A stretch of DNA of 64,000 nucleotides from a phage. Below the pieces are notes generated by a model that worked only from the letters and a program-made list of their open reading frames with translations, had not been told where the DNA came from and ran no database searches. Positions within the stretch are counted from its first letter, which is position 1. The number at the start of each line of letters is the position of its first letter. Of the stretch, positions 8,688 to 17,888 are shown in pieces. Both the position numbers and the translations under genes were made by a program. The stretch is taken from NCBI GenBank assembly GCA_019234695.1, contig GCA_019234695.1_3937.1; one strand, 5' to 3'.

Positions 8688-8777
8688 AAAGTACTTTACA
8701 AGGGGCTTAAAAGCTGATATCTTAAGCCCCAGATAAAGAGCTTTACCAAATCAACCCTTAAACTAGGAGATTCAAAA
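8688..8777 (+). repeat. cassette A copy 1 (stem-loop plus conserved leader)
   Basis: GTACTTTACAAGGGGCTTAAAAG...CTTAAGCCCCAGATAAAGAGCTTTACC...AAACTAGGAGATTCAAAAATG. Confidence 0.7.
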
Positions 8778-9161
8778 ATGGCATATCGTGCACCTAAATT
8801 CATCAACAAAGACAATTTCCGCAATGCACTGGAAAAATCACTTGATGAGAATTTTAAAGGTAACGTTATTGTTGTTCACTCGTTTAATTTTAAGTATGAT
8901 ATTAACGGGAATAAAATCAACCATTACACGGCGACAATGCTAGATGGTACTCTTTCAAGTGAAAAAGCCATTTTACATGCACTTGCTGGACGTGGTAAAA
9001 ACCTGATAAGATGCGATAAGAGACGTTATCAGGGTGGCGCATATGGTTACGATGATGCTGTTTATCATCTTGAAAATATGGGCTATCAAGTAGAAAAAGA
9101 TGGAGTGTCTCAAATAATCGGTAGTGATGGTTACGTAACTATCTTCAAAATTAACAAATAA
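8778..9161 (+). CDS. hypothetical protein
   Basis: ORF track; conserved leader AAACTAGGAGATTCAAAAATG. Confidence 0.55.
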   Translation: MAYRAPKFINKDNFRNALEKSLDENFKGNVIVVHSFNFKYDINGNKINHYTATMLDGTLSSEKAILHALAGRGKNLIRCDKRRYQGGAYGYDDAVYHLENMGYQVEKDGVSQIIGSDGYVTIFKINK

Positions 9162-9246
9162 AGTACTTTACAAGGGGCTTATAGTTCGATAAAGTAAGCC
9201 CCAGATAAAGAACTTTACCACTCAATCCTAAATTGGAGATTCAAAA
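9160..9246 (+). repeat. cassette A copy 2
   Basis: same element; stem GGGGCTTA / TAAGCCCC. Confidence 0.7.
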
Positions 9247-9480
9247 ATGGCTACTATCAAAAACGTTGTAATTCCTGTAAAAACTCGTGATGACGCTCGC
9301 ATCATGGCGAAAAAGTTAGGCGGGAAAGTGGTTGACAACGGAAAACAATCTGCTGTAAGATGGGGTGTGAGGGCTGATAAACAGTTGAAGTTAAAAAATT
9401 CACCAATAAATCTTTTTACATGTGTAAACACTATCGGAAAGACAAATGTATACACGATTTACAAGGGGCTTAAAAGTTGA
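9247..9480 (+). CDS. hypothetical small protein
   Basis: ORF track; conserved leader; 3-prime end runs into cassette A hairpin. Confidence 0.5.
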   Translation: MATIKNVVIPVKTRDDARIMAKKLGGKVVDNGKQSAVRWGVRADKQLKLKNSPINLFTCVNTIGKTNVYTIYKGLKS

Positions 9481-9536
9481 TACCTTAAGCCCCAGATAAA
9501 GAGCTTTACCACTAATCCTAAACTGGAGATTCAAAA
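9455..9536 (+). repeat. cassette A copy 3
   Basis: same element; overlaps 3-prime end of ORF 9247..9480. Confidence 0.7.
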
Positions 9537-9833
9537 ATGAAATTATCAAATAAAGTTCGTGAAAATCTAAGCAAATTACTCAACAAAATTGATTTCATTG
9601 AAACATCAAGAAATAGCCATGATGTTATGGAATGGTTACACGGCAAAATAAAAGGTCGTCGTGTAGTGATTTGCTTATGGAATAGTTGCAGGGAGTATAA
9701 AAAACCTGTATTGCAAGTCAATATCTATGATGATACTTTTAAAAGCCCTGTAAAGTCTAAAAGCGATTTATTAGAATCCTATGAGATAACTGTAAATGGC
9801 AAAGTATCACGTAAAGAGGAAACACCATGTTAA
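9537..9833 (+). CDS. hypothetical protein
   Basis: ORF track; conserved leader. Confidence 0.5.
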   Translation: MKLSNKVRENLSKLLNKIDFIETSRNSHDVMEWLHGKIKGRRVVICLWNSCREYKKPVLQVNIYDDTFKSPVKSKSDLLESYEITVNGKVSRKEETPC

Positions 9834-10159
9834 TGACTGGTATCACTGCAATCATTGCCATTTTCGCGCTATATAAGGCATATAAAGCCTATAATCTAGC
9901 AAATAAGGCAATCACACAGCAGGTTAGCAATAACCTTGTAATGAGCTTTCTAGAGCGGTTGAGCGATGAACAATTAAAGCGGTTAGAAATGAGCTTTAGA
10001 TTCAGGGCGAGAACTTATCAAATCAGCGACATTTTCAAAGATGATTTTCAATTAGTCGATGATTATAATTCTCTGATAAATGCTTTAAATATTAGTGACT
10101 TAAAAGACTATCATACTGTAATTGTTCAAGAGTTGAGCAAACGAAAACAAAACTGTTGA
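9827..10159 (+). CDS. hypothetical protein (N-terminal TM)
   Basis: ORF track; GAGGA RBS; hydrophobic N-terminus. Confidence 0.45.
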   Translation: MLMTGITAIIAIFALYKAYKAYNLANKAITQQVSNNLVMSFLERLSDEQLKRLEMSFRFRARTYQISDIFKDDFQLVDDYNSLINALNISDLKDYHTVIVQELSKRKQNC

Positions 10160-10184
10160 CACTGGTTTTTAGATAGATTAAATT
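10156..10184 (+). promoter_or_regulatory. cassette B promoter (copy 1)
   Basis: TTGACA-17-TAAATT, then hairpin and conserved RBS. Confidence 0.55.
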
Positions 10185-10248
10185 ACACATCAACGGGGAG
10201 GCAATAAACACCCCACTAAATAAAGTCCTTAAACTAGGAGATTCTAAA

Positions 10249-10653
10249 ATGGCTATTAATAATCGTGAGTTGTCAATCTTAAAAGCACGTTTAACCGTTA
10301 ATCGAATCAATGTTATCACGTCATCAGCACCGGATGAAACATTGCACAACATTATCGGGAAGATTCAAAGTGTTATCTTAGACGTTGAAAACGTAAAAAA
10401 CTCATTGTCTGACGTTGCAGCAGGCATCACGCTAGACGGTGCACAATATGAAATGGCTGACATGTTAGGCAAATCAAAGGTAATGAATAAAGAGCTTGAT
10501 TTAAAAATGTTTCGTTTTGCTGTTAAAGTGTGGCTATCTGTTGAGTATGACGCAAATTTTGCAATCGCTGACTTTTTCGCAACATGGTTGCAACGTAATT
10601 TGACAAATCATGATTTTCGCGATGTCTGTGATGCAATTTATGCAGAACTTTAA
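10249..10653 (+). CDS. hypothetical protein
   Basis: ORF track; cassette B promoter and conserved leader upstream. Confidence 0.55.
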   Translation: MAINNRELSILKARLTVNRINVITSSAPDETLHNIIGKIQSVILDVENVKNSLSDVAAGITLDGAQYEMADMLGKSKVMNKELDLKMFRFAVKVWLSVEYDANFAIADFFATWLQRNLTNHDFRDVCDAIYAEL

Positions 10654-10661
10654 AAATTTTA

Positions 10662-10690
10662 TTGACACTGATTTTTAGATAGATTAAATT
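10662..10690 (+). promoter_or_regulatory. cassette B promoter (copy 2)
   Basis: TTGACA-17-TAAATT, then hairpin GGGGAGGGAATGACCTTCCCC and conserved RBS. Confidence 0.55.
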
Positions 10691-10754
10691 ACACATCAAC
10701 GGGGAGGGAATGACCTTCCCCACTAAGTAAAGTCCTTAAACTAGGAGATTCAAA

Positions 10755-10952
10755 ATGGCTATTATCAACGGTTTAACCATTGAAACCACGCACATCAAAG
10801 ACATTAAAGTTGGTGATATAGTTCTTTCCCACGGCGTAGAAAAAACAGTCACTGCAAAGGATATCAAAGATGATTCTTTCATGGGTAGAACTCTCTTCGG
10901 TGATTCTTATTGCTTAGGTTATCTTGCAGTTTTAAAAGTTGTCAAAAATTAA
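10755..10952 (+). CDS. hypothetical small protein
   Basis: ORF track; cassette B upstream. Confidence 0.5.
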   Translation: MAIINGLTIETTHIKDIKVGDIVLSHGVEKTVTAKDIKDDSFMGRTLFGDSYCLGYLAVLKVVKN

Positions 10953-10957
10953 CTGAT

Positions 10958-11046
10958 AAAGTACTTTACAAGGGGCTTAAAAGTTCGATAAAGTAAGCCC
11001 CAGATAAAGAGCTTTACCACTAAATCCTTAAACTAGGAGATTCAAA
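10958..11046 (+). repeat. cassette A copy 4
   Basis: same element upstream of ORF 11047. Confidence 0.7.
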
Positions 11047-11589
11047 ATGAAATGCTTTCACGGTACTACTCAAGAAAACTTTATCAACCTGATTAATAAC
11101 GGTGATAAACCATCAGGTGTATGGAATTGTTCGGATATGGACGGCAATTTTTACGTGTACCCAGAAAATAAACTCTATGGTGATGATGAGGAAGAGATAG
11201 CATCGGAAGGTATCCAGCAAGCTCTAGGAAATGCCACTATCACGGCAGCTTTTCAGATGAAAACTCAAAATATTGTTATCTTAGAACTTGACATTCCAGA
11301 GGATGAGCTAAATGATGATTATTCTTGTGATAACATGTCAAATATAGCAAGCTTTACAGAGTACTTTGATGTAAATTGGATTAAAAAGGTCTATACAACA
11401 GAGTTCAACGCTATGTATTCACCTTTTTGTCTCCCTTCACTGGATAACCCAAATTTAAATTATCTTGATGAAACATTGGAGCTACTTGCTAAAAGTATCC
11501 AACAATCCGACAGTATTCAGGTTTTTTGTGACATCATGGATACACTGACAGAAAACATTGTAGAGAGTGATTTAAAGGTCTTTTTCTAA
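11047..11589 (+). CDS. hypothetical protein
   Basis: ORF track; cassette A and conserved leader upstream. Confidence 0.55.
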   Translation: MKCFHGTTQENFINLINNGDKPSGVWNCSDMDGNFYVYPENKLYGDDEEEIASEGIQQALGNATITAAFQMKTQNIVILELDIPEDELNDDYSCDNMSNIASFTEYFDVNWIKKVYTTEFNAMYSPFCLPSLDNPNLNYLDETLELLAKSIQQSDSIQVFCDIMDTLTENIVESDLKVFF

Positions 11590-11655
11590 AAACCTATACA
11601 TTCACCTTATAAACACTGATTAACCCCTTACAGGGGCTTTTAGAGGGCTTAAATC

Positions 11656-11889
11656 ATGCTTACAACCATTTATCTCATCCTTTCTATCTGTAGCGGTCAT
11701 TCATGTGACTTTAAAGGGCTTGAAGAGTTTACAGGAAGTAAAGAAAATGCTATTCAGGTTTGCCAGATAGCAAGACAAGACTATCCCGCCAGTGATGATA
11801 TACAATGCTACTTTAAGACAGAAGATGAAGAAGGAATCTATTTCGACAGTGTTGATGGTCAATATGAAATTATCATTGAAAAAGACTAG
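11656..11889 (+). CDS. hypothetical small protein
   Basis: ORF track. Confidence 0.4.
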   Translation: MLTTIYLILSICSGHSCDFKGLEEFTGSKENAIQVCQIARQDYPASDDIQCYFKTEDEEGIYFDSVDGQYEIIIEKD

Positions 11890-11915
11890 ACAAGCCTGAT
11901 AAAAGTCTGTAAATT
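11887..11915 (+). promoter_or_regulatory. cassette B promoter (copy 3)
   Basis: TAGACA-17-TAAATT, then conserved hairpin and RBS. Confidence 0.45.
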
Positions 11916-11979
11916 ACACATCAACGGGGAGGGAATGACCTTCCCCACTAAATAAAGTCCTAAACTGGAGATTCTAAAA

Positions 11980-12321
11980 ATGGCTTATGTAACCGTAATT
12001 ACTGATAAAGAGAATTCATCTTGGTCAACTCAGGTTAGTGACAAGATGTCACCTATGCAGTGCCTAAAATACTTTGAGCAGTGGAATAAAGGCGAGGATG
12101 TAAGCCCATTTCAAGTGATGCAGGTTATCCATGTAGATAACGAAGGGAATAAAACGGTTTTAAATAGTGAGTACTACGCAAGCCGTTTTGAAACTAGAAG
12201 TAAAACAATGAAGCTTTTACGTGAATCCGGTTATGCCCATATCGCCGCGCTAATCTGGGATGACCTGCTAAAAAGTCAGCGTATCAGCTATGTAAAACCT
12301 GAAAAAATATTCATCAGTTAA
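11980..12321 (+). CDS. hypothetical protein
   Basis: ORF track; cassette B upstream. Confidence 0.55.
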   Translation: MAYVTVITDKENSSWSTQVSDKMSPMQCLKYFEQWNKGEDVSPFQVMQVIHVDNEGNKTVLNSEYYASRFETRSKTMKLLRESGYAHIAALIWDDLLKSQRISYVKPEKIFIS

Positions 12322-12352
12322 TCAATAACTTATAAAAAACTTTTAAAAAGTG

Positions 12353-12381
12353 TTGACAATACCCCTTGACAATAGTACATT
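12353..12381 (+). promoter_or_regulatory. promoter-like element (tandem TTGACA boxes)
   Basis: TTGACA-17-TACATT; second TTGACA at 12366. Confidence 0.35.
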
Positions 12382-12449
12382 TGTTCGAGGGGGTTTATCT
12401 AAAAGGGATTCACTTAAAAGATTCTTTATAGATAAACTTAAAAAATTGC

Positions 12450-12478
12450 TTGCAATCATCTTCCAAAAACTTTATAGT
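12450..12478 (+). promoter_or_regulatory. sigma70-like promoter
   Basis: TTGCAA-17-TATAGT upstream of 12521 ORF. Confidence 0.5.
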
Positions 12479-12520
12479 TTATCTCAAGCAATAATGCTTT
12501 CCTAAACTGGAGATTCAAAA

Positions 12521-13051
12521 ATGAACAAGTTCAAAGCTATCAACTACATTCGCTCAAATAGTGTCATGTCTAAGCCTGTTAAGGATACCTACGAATTCCG
12601 TTGCAATGGTGAACACTTTGCTACCATCACCAAATCAAATAACGGGGCTTATTATATCCATCGTCGTAATGTTTCTACGGTTGTAGTTTCTAACTTTATG
12701 CAAGCTGTAGCGGAACTCCTCCCGCTCTTCTTAGAAAAGTATGCCGTACAGTGTGAAAGTGTTCGTGAATGCACTAAAACAGTGTTAAACGGTTATCGTA
12801 TGGCTTACGAGCGCTCTTTAAAGAATCTCAATAAATACTACAAAGCACCGGAAGGCACTTCATCCACAGCCTACGGGGTAGGGGGCTTCAATGTCAGCCT
12901 TTACGAAGTGGAAGAAATCGAGCTTTATGACCATCGCCCAAATGGTTACGCTAAGACACTGGGAGATGGGTTAATGCTGAATATCAAGAACTTAGAAAAA
13001 ACTTTAAGAGAAATTGAAAAAGATATTGACGAGACAATCAAAAGTCTGTAA
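12521..13051 (+). CDS. hypothetical protein
   Basis: ORF track; TTGCAA-17-TATAGT promoter and conserved leader upstream. Confidence 0.55.
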   Translation: MNKFKAINYIRSNSVMSKPVKDTYEFRCNGEHFATITKSNNGAYYIHRRNVSTVVVSNFMQAVAELLPLFLEKYAVQCESVRECTKTVLNGYRMAYERSLKNLNKYYKAPEGTSSTAYGVGGFNVSLYEVEEIELYDHRPNGYAKTLGDGLMLNIKNLEKTLREIEKDIDETIKSL

Positions 13052-13054
13052 ATT
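13026..13054 (+). promoter_or_regulatory. cassette B promoter (copy 4)
   Basis: TTGACG-17-TAAATT, then conserved hairpin and RBS. Confidence 0.5.
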
Positions 13055-13116
13055 ATCAATCAACGGGGAGGGAATAACCTTCCCCACTAAGTAAAGTCCT
13101 AAACTGGAGATTCAAA

Positions 13117-13380
13117 ATGGAACACGTAGAACTGACCACACTCTTACAAATCGCAACCGACAAGGAAGACGTAGCATTATTTCACCGTATAGAGAGTGAT
13201 TTGTTCAATGGTGAAATCATCAAAGAATCTTACGAAGTTGTCGGATTCAAAGATGGTAAAGCATTTGGCTTTTTTGACCTCGACAAAAGCAAAGCGGTTA
13301 CAAAGTACGATGTTCTATCTTGTGAGATTCTTACAAAATACAACGAAAAAAGGCTTGCAACATACGCCAACATGCAGTAA
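13117..13380 (+). CDS. hypothetical protein
   Basis: ORF track; cassette B upstream. Confidence 0.55.
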   Translation: MEHVELTTLLQIATDKEDVALFHRIESDLFNGEIIKESYEVVGFKDGKAFGFFDLDKSKAVTKYDVLSCEILTKYNEKRLATYANMQ

Positions 13381-13383
13381 ATT
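13355..13383 (+). promoter_or_regulatory. cassette B promoter (copy 5)
   Basis: TTGCAA-17-TAAATT, then conserved hairpin and RBS. Confidence 0.5.
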
Positions 13384-13445
13384 ACTAATCAACGGGGAGG
13401 GATGACCTCCCTACTAAATAAAACCTTAAACTAGGAGATTCTAAA

Positions 13446-13694
13446 ATGGCTACTATCCGCGCAACTGTTAACGAATTCGGCTTTTGCTCTCTGGATGTTA
13501 AATTTGACCTTGTAGGTACTGACAACGCCTTTGAGATGGTGAAAGGTCTTATCAGTCAGACCATCAAAGACTATAACCCTTCTGATGAGTTCTGGAAAGA
13601 AACAAAACAGGAAGTTCTCAAAGATGGTTATTCTTATCACTATTGGGGTGAAAAAATTGTCTCCCTATACTACGACAAAGATGGCACTAACTAA
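13446..13694 (+). CDS. hypothetical protein
   Basis: ORF track; cassette B upstream; followed by stem-loops. Confidence 0.55.
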   Translation: MATIRATVNEFGFCSLDVKFDLVGTDNAFEMVKGLISQTIKDYNPSDEFWKETKQEVLKDGYSYHYWGEKIVSLYYDKDGTN

Positions 13695-13704
13695 TCGACG
13701 CAAC

Positions 13705-13757
13705 GGGGCTAAATAGCCCCAGATACCTTAAAAGCTCCTTCTCATAGGGGCTTTTTT
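13705..13757 (+). terminator. stem-loops and T-tract after last small ORF
   Basis: GGGGCTAAATAGCCCC hairpin, then CATAGGGGCTTTTTT. Confidence 0.4.
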
Positions 13758-13759
13758 AC

Positions 13760-15290
13760 GTCTATAAAGAGACTCTATACAATCTCTTTCCTTCCCTTTC
13801 CAGAATCTATCCCACTGATTCGATAGAATCTATCTCGTACCTTAAAAGCAATAACTCTATAGCTTACTCTATAGCCCCTTATCAAATCAACTTAAATAAA
13901 AGCCAATAACCCCAGAAAGGGGATGGCCCATTTAAACGCTCTATAAAGCCCTATAACAGCCTTATCAACCTAACTTAAGGGATTGCATTACCTAACCATT
14001 AAAAGCCCTTTATAAAGCTTCCTAGAGGCTTAAAAGAATCTTATAAGGGTGTAAGCTTTATCATCTCGTTAGCTATCTTGTGAATAACTCAATAGCCCTT
14101 GATAGTCTCTAAAAAGTATGTTATAGGGGCTGTTAAGTTACTTTGAAGTTACGTAAAAGAGGCTATAAAGTTACGTAAATGCTAGCCCCCTTAACATTTT
14201 CTTAACAATTTCTTAACAAACCCTACATAGTTATGCTTGTTAGAGACTTATTAGCCCCTTGTTAAATCTCTGTTAAGACCACGTAAAAGCCTTGTAAGAG
14301 TCTTTAGCATAGCCTTTAAAGCCTCTGTAAAGCTCTATAAAGAGGTATCTGTACAGTTGGGGTGTAATTACTAGGAAGAGGCTTAAAAGGGCTTACAAGG
14401 AGCTATAGAGAGCTTTTAAGAGGTATGTTTAGAGAATCACTAAGAAAGAGAGGGAACGATAAGAAAAGAGATAGTGACCTTGTTAATAGCTTGTTAAAAA
14501 GATTAAACACTTGTTAGGAACTTGTTAATTATCCCTACAAAATAACTCTTTAAAATTAACTTGTTAGCTCTTGTTAGTCATCTGTTAAGCCTCTGTAAAG
14601 ACTATGTATCAACTGTTAAGAAACTGTTAAGCCCTTGTTAGTTCTGTTAAGAATCTGTTAAGACCTTTGAAGAGTTGTTAAGAAGATGTGAGAACTGTTA
14701 AGAGATTGTTAAGGATATTTTAAAATTTTGCAAAGTACTTGTAAGGGAGCTGTTAAGGGCTACCAAGCAGATATACATCTTCTACAGATATTTTTCAGTT
14801 CCTTCAAAGACCCTAAAAAATGACTTGATAGTCCTATTTTATAAAAATTTTAAAAATCTGAATAATTACCTAGACAGTCTTTTAAAAAATACAGGTAGAA
14901 ACAGGCTTATAAGATACCTTGTTAGTACCGTGTTAGACCTTGTGAGATAAGGTCTGTAAAGATATTCCTGTTAAGTTTGTTAAAACAGTCTATATAGAGG
15001 CTTAGTAATACCTAGTGAACACCTATAGAGAGTATCATAGCTGACATAGAGATTAAGGGGTGTATAGAGGCTTCTAAGAGCGTATAGAGAGATGGTTAAG
15101 GTGATTGTATAGGTTGTTAAGAAGGCTTGTTAGAAGAGTGTTTAGAGGGCTTATTAAAGGGCTAGTTAGAAGGCTTATACAGGGGGGCTATTAAGACCAC
15201 TAGATAGTTACTAAGATACTATATAGTACTATATAACTATATAGAGAGTAAGACTAAGGAGGTTGTTAAGAAGGATAGATATTTTGTTCA
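13760..15290. repeat. ORF-free iteron-rich region (degenerate CTGTTAAG / CTTGTTAG repeats; TATAGAG and TATAAAG motifs)
   Basis: no ORF of 60 aa or more on either strand across ~1.68 kb; about 35 copies of TGTTA(A/G), densest at 14470-14720. Confidence 0.7.
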
Positions 15291-15377
15291 CATATGCTGG
15301 TGACCCAGAGGTTGGGACAACCGATAAAATTTTATAAAAATTAAAAAGCCCCCGATTAAGGAGGCTCTTAAGATATT

Positions 15378-16001
15378 TTAAATCAGTGTTTCCAGAACTG
15401 TTTTAAGGGATGACTTAGTTGTCTGATAAAAATGAGTGAATCCGTTGTTGTTATCGAATATCTGCATCATGATATCATCTCCCTTGATTGGGTATACTCG
15501 GATATCATAGTGAAAACCATTAAAGACACAAGACCCATTACAGAATGCACTAAAGTCATCCACTGAGATATACTCTTCATGTCCTGTGATTTTTATACAA
15601 ACACCTTTACTCGGTCTCTTAGGGTTGATATCTTCCATCACAGACATACTCTGTCCACCAAGAGACACCATAGTGACCACTTTACGGTTCTTCTGTCTAA
15701 AGTACATCTTAACTTTCTGCAAAGTGTCTTCATAGAACGGATAAGACCTTTCTACAAAGATTCCTTCAAGTGGCTCTTTACCATTTTCAACTTCTCTGGT
15801 ATGTCGTACTGCAAAGATAATTTGTTGGAACCAGTCAAGATTTTCTTCGGAGAGTGCTTCTCGAACATCACTCCAGTCAAGGACTAAGTAGTTACCTTCA
15901 ACTTCTTTTAAGTTATCTTTTTCCATATCTATCACACCATTATCGTAAAACTTGATATTCTGGTACTGCGAATTTATTACTATTGTTCTTGATGAGGTCA
16001 T
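15378..16001 (-). CDS. hypothetical protein
   Basis: ORF track; first gene of leftward block; start may be an internal ATG. Confidence 0.5.
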   Translation of the reverse strand: MTSSRTIVINSQYQNIKFYDNGVIDMEKDNLKEVEGNYLVLDWSDVREALSEENLDWFQQIIFAVRHTREVENGKEPLEGIFVERSYPFYEDTLQKVKMYFRQKNRKVVTMVSLGGQSMSVMEDINPKRPSKGVCIKITGHEEYISVDDFSAFCNGSCVFNGFHYDIRVYPIKGDDIMMQIFDNNNGFTHFYQTTKSSLKTVLETLI

Positions 16002-16404
16002 CCCCTGAAACTAAAAATGTAATACCACATAAGTGTCTGTAACGACTATCATACTCGAATATCTTAAACAGATATTTACCATCATGATAAACCTGTTGCA
16101 CTTCACCTTCTGCAACAATCTCGCCTGTAATAAAATTTTTTAGTTTATACACATTACCAACTTTAGGTACTGTTTTCATCTCAGGCTCTTTTAGTGCTAC
16201 ACCTATTTTTGCATCACCGAGTAAATGAGAACTCTCAAAAGCTACGTGTTTCATATAAGCTTCTGAGCATTCCCAAATAAAACAATGTACAAGAACCTTA
16301 GCAGCATGTCTTGAGCAGTTCAACTTATCACAAATTTCTGTGTACATCTCATCTTTAGTAGAATTGTCAAGCATTGCTCTTTGCACTACTTCTTTAATTT
16401 TCAT
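15940..16404 (-). CDS. hypothetical protein
   Basis: ORF track; operon packing. Confidence 0.5.
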   Translation of the reverse strand: MKIKEVVQRAMLDNSTKDEMYTEICDKLNCSRHAAKVLVHCFIWECSEAYMKHVAFESSHLLGDAKIGVALKEPEMKTVPKVGNVYKLKNFITGEIVAEGEVQQVYHDGKYLFKIFEYDSRYRHLCGITFLVSGDDLIKNNSNKFAVPEYQVLR

Positions 16405-16816
16405 AAGCTCTCCGAATAACCCTATTAAGCATCTCTAAAGTCAGCTTTCCAGACTCTAAATGTGGCATAACAAGCTTTAAAGCTTTTTCAACATCATGCA
16501 CAATATCAATTATACCTTCCTCATAGGCTTCTACGAGGATATCTTTTACACCGATATAGCCTTCATTGATAATGATTTGCATATCAAAATCTTCTGATTG
16601 CTTGTTTAACTTACCTCTCCAATACCCATCAGCATTAAAAGATATCACTTCACACTCTTTAAAATCCATACCATCTGCATGGAATGGAGTAATTATTGTG
16701 CATTGGATTGGGTACTCTACACCAGTGGTGTCAACATCAAAGACCTTCACAGAAGTAAGTGGTTTCTTTGTTTTAGAGCAGTAAACTGTCAACCTTTTAC
16801 CAATAAGCTCTTTCAT
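16394..16816 (-). CDS. hypothetical protein
   Basis: ORF track; operon packing. Confidence 0.5.
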   Translation of the reverse strand: MKELIGKRLTVYCSKTKKPLTSVKVFDVDTTGVEYPIQCTIITPFHADGMDFKECEVISFNADGYWRGKLNKQSEDFDMQIIINEGYIGVKDILVEAYEEGIIDIVHDVEKALKLVMPHLESGKLTLEMLNRVIRRAYEN

Positions 16817-16868
16817 TTCGCTACCTTCTAAGTTTCTACAAAGGGGCTATCAAGTAACCCCTAAGTTA

Positions 16869-17093
16869 TTACTCAGACTTTTCAGTCTTCTTATCGGATT
16901 TCTTACTAGTCTTCTTCTCAGCTTTCTGCTCAGGTTCCTTCTCAGGAGTTGCCTTGATAACCATATCAAGAAGCTCTGATAAGTCACTCTTCAGCAAAGT
17001 AACAGGCTGCTCGTTGTAGAAGTTTTTGTCAAGATAAACTTTAAACTCTTCTATAGAAGGAAATCCAAAAATTGGTACAGGTGTCTTAATCAT
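16869..17093 (-). CDS. hypothetical small protein with Lys/Glu-rich tail
   Basis: ORF track. Confidence 0.4.
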   Translation of the reverse strand: MIKTPVPIFGFPSIEEFKVYLDKNFYNEQPVTLLKSDLSELLDMVIKATPEKEPEQKAEKKTSKKSDKKTEKSE

Positions 17094-17169
17094 TACTTAG
17101 TCTCTCCATAGGCATCTTTTAAGATTGCCTTGTTAATCATTTCAGCGATTGCAAAACGAACACATACAG

Positions 17170-17703
17170 CTATAATTGTAGGTTGCATTCTTTACTTACC
17201 TCTTCAAGTTTAACCTCAGAGTCCTTAAGTCGTTTCTTATGAACTCTGAACCTCATTAGTGAGATGATGATACCAGCTAAAGGAACAGCATACAAGTACC
17301 AAACATCATGTACCTTTGCAGTAATCTGTGTAATGGTCAAGTCTTGAGCTATGCAGCTAATTGCTGATACTGTCAGTAACATTGCTAAGAAGAACGCCAG
17401 TACCATAACAATACTTAGGCAGCCTCTGGCATGGTGTTCATGCTTAATACATTTGTTCTTTTCGTCAACAACCCTGTTGTAGTCGTTTGTAAAGTCTCTG
17501 TAGAAAGCTTTCAAGTATTCTTGATTGTAGCCTTCAAAGCAACCTGTACCATACCAATAATCACCACCAAAATGTGCTATGATACCAGTATCTCCATTTG
17601 GTTTGGTTACTCTTAAAGAAGTATGATGACGAGTATCCTGATAATCTATCTTATATCTCTCTTCAAAAATCATTTTCCAACCCCTCTCAATCGTTTGTTC
17701 CAT
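17170..17703 (-). CDS. hypothetical membrane protein
   Basis: ORF track; two C-terminal hydrophobic segments. Confidence 0.5.
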   Translation of the reverse strand: MEQTIERGWKMIFEERYKIDYQDTRHHTSLRVTKPNGDTGIIAHFGGDYWYGTGCFEGYNQEYLKAFYRDFTNDYNRVVDEKNKCIKHEHHARGCLSIVMVLAFFLAMLLTVSAISCIAQDLTITQITAKVHDVWYLYAVPLAGIIISLMRFRVHKKRLKDSEVKLEEVSKECNLQL

Positions 17704-17888
17704 TCAAGGTCAACAAATCTTTGCAGGACTTTCCCTCTAGGTGTTACACCTTTTAAATCTGCATCGTAACAATGGTAAAAGTCACCTTCAGCATGTTTAC
17801 CATAGCATTTTCTGATATTCTGGCTTCTGCGATACTGTTCTAACAAGGACAGTTTGTAGTAATCTTCAACTGTAGTTAGTTTTTTCAT
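17670..17888 (-). CDS. hypothetical small protein
   Basis: ORF track. Confidence 0.4.
   Translation of the reverse strand: MKKLTTVEDYYKLSLLEQYRRSQNIRKCYGKHAEGDFYHCYDADLKGVTPRGKVLQRFVDLEWNKRLRGVGK

Noticed and set aside
13760-15290. CRISPR array in the iteron-rich region
   Set aside because: Repeats are short (7-9 bp), degenerate, irregularly spaced and in both orientations, with no repeat-spacer periodicity
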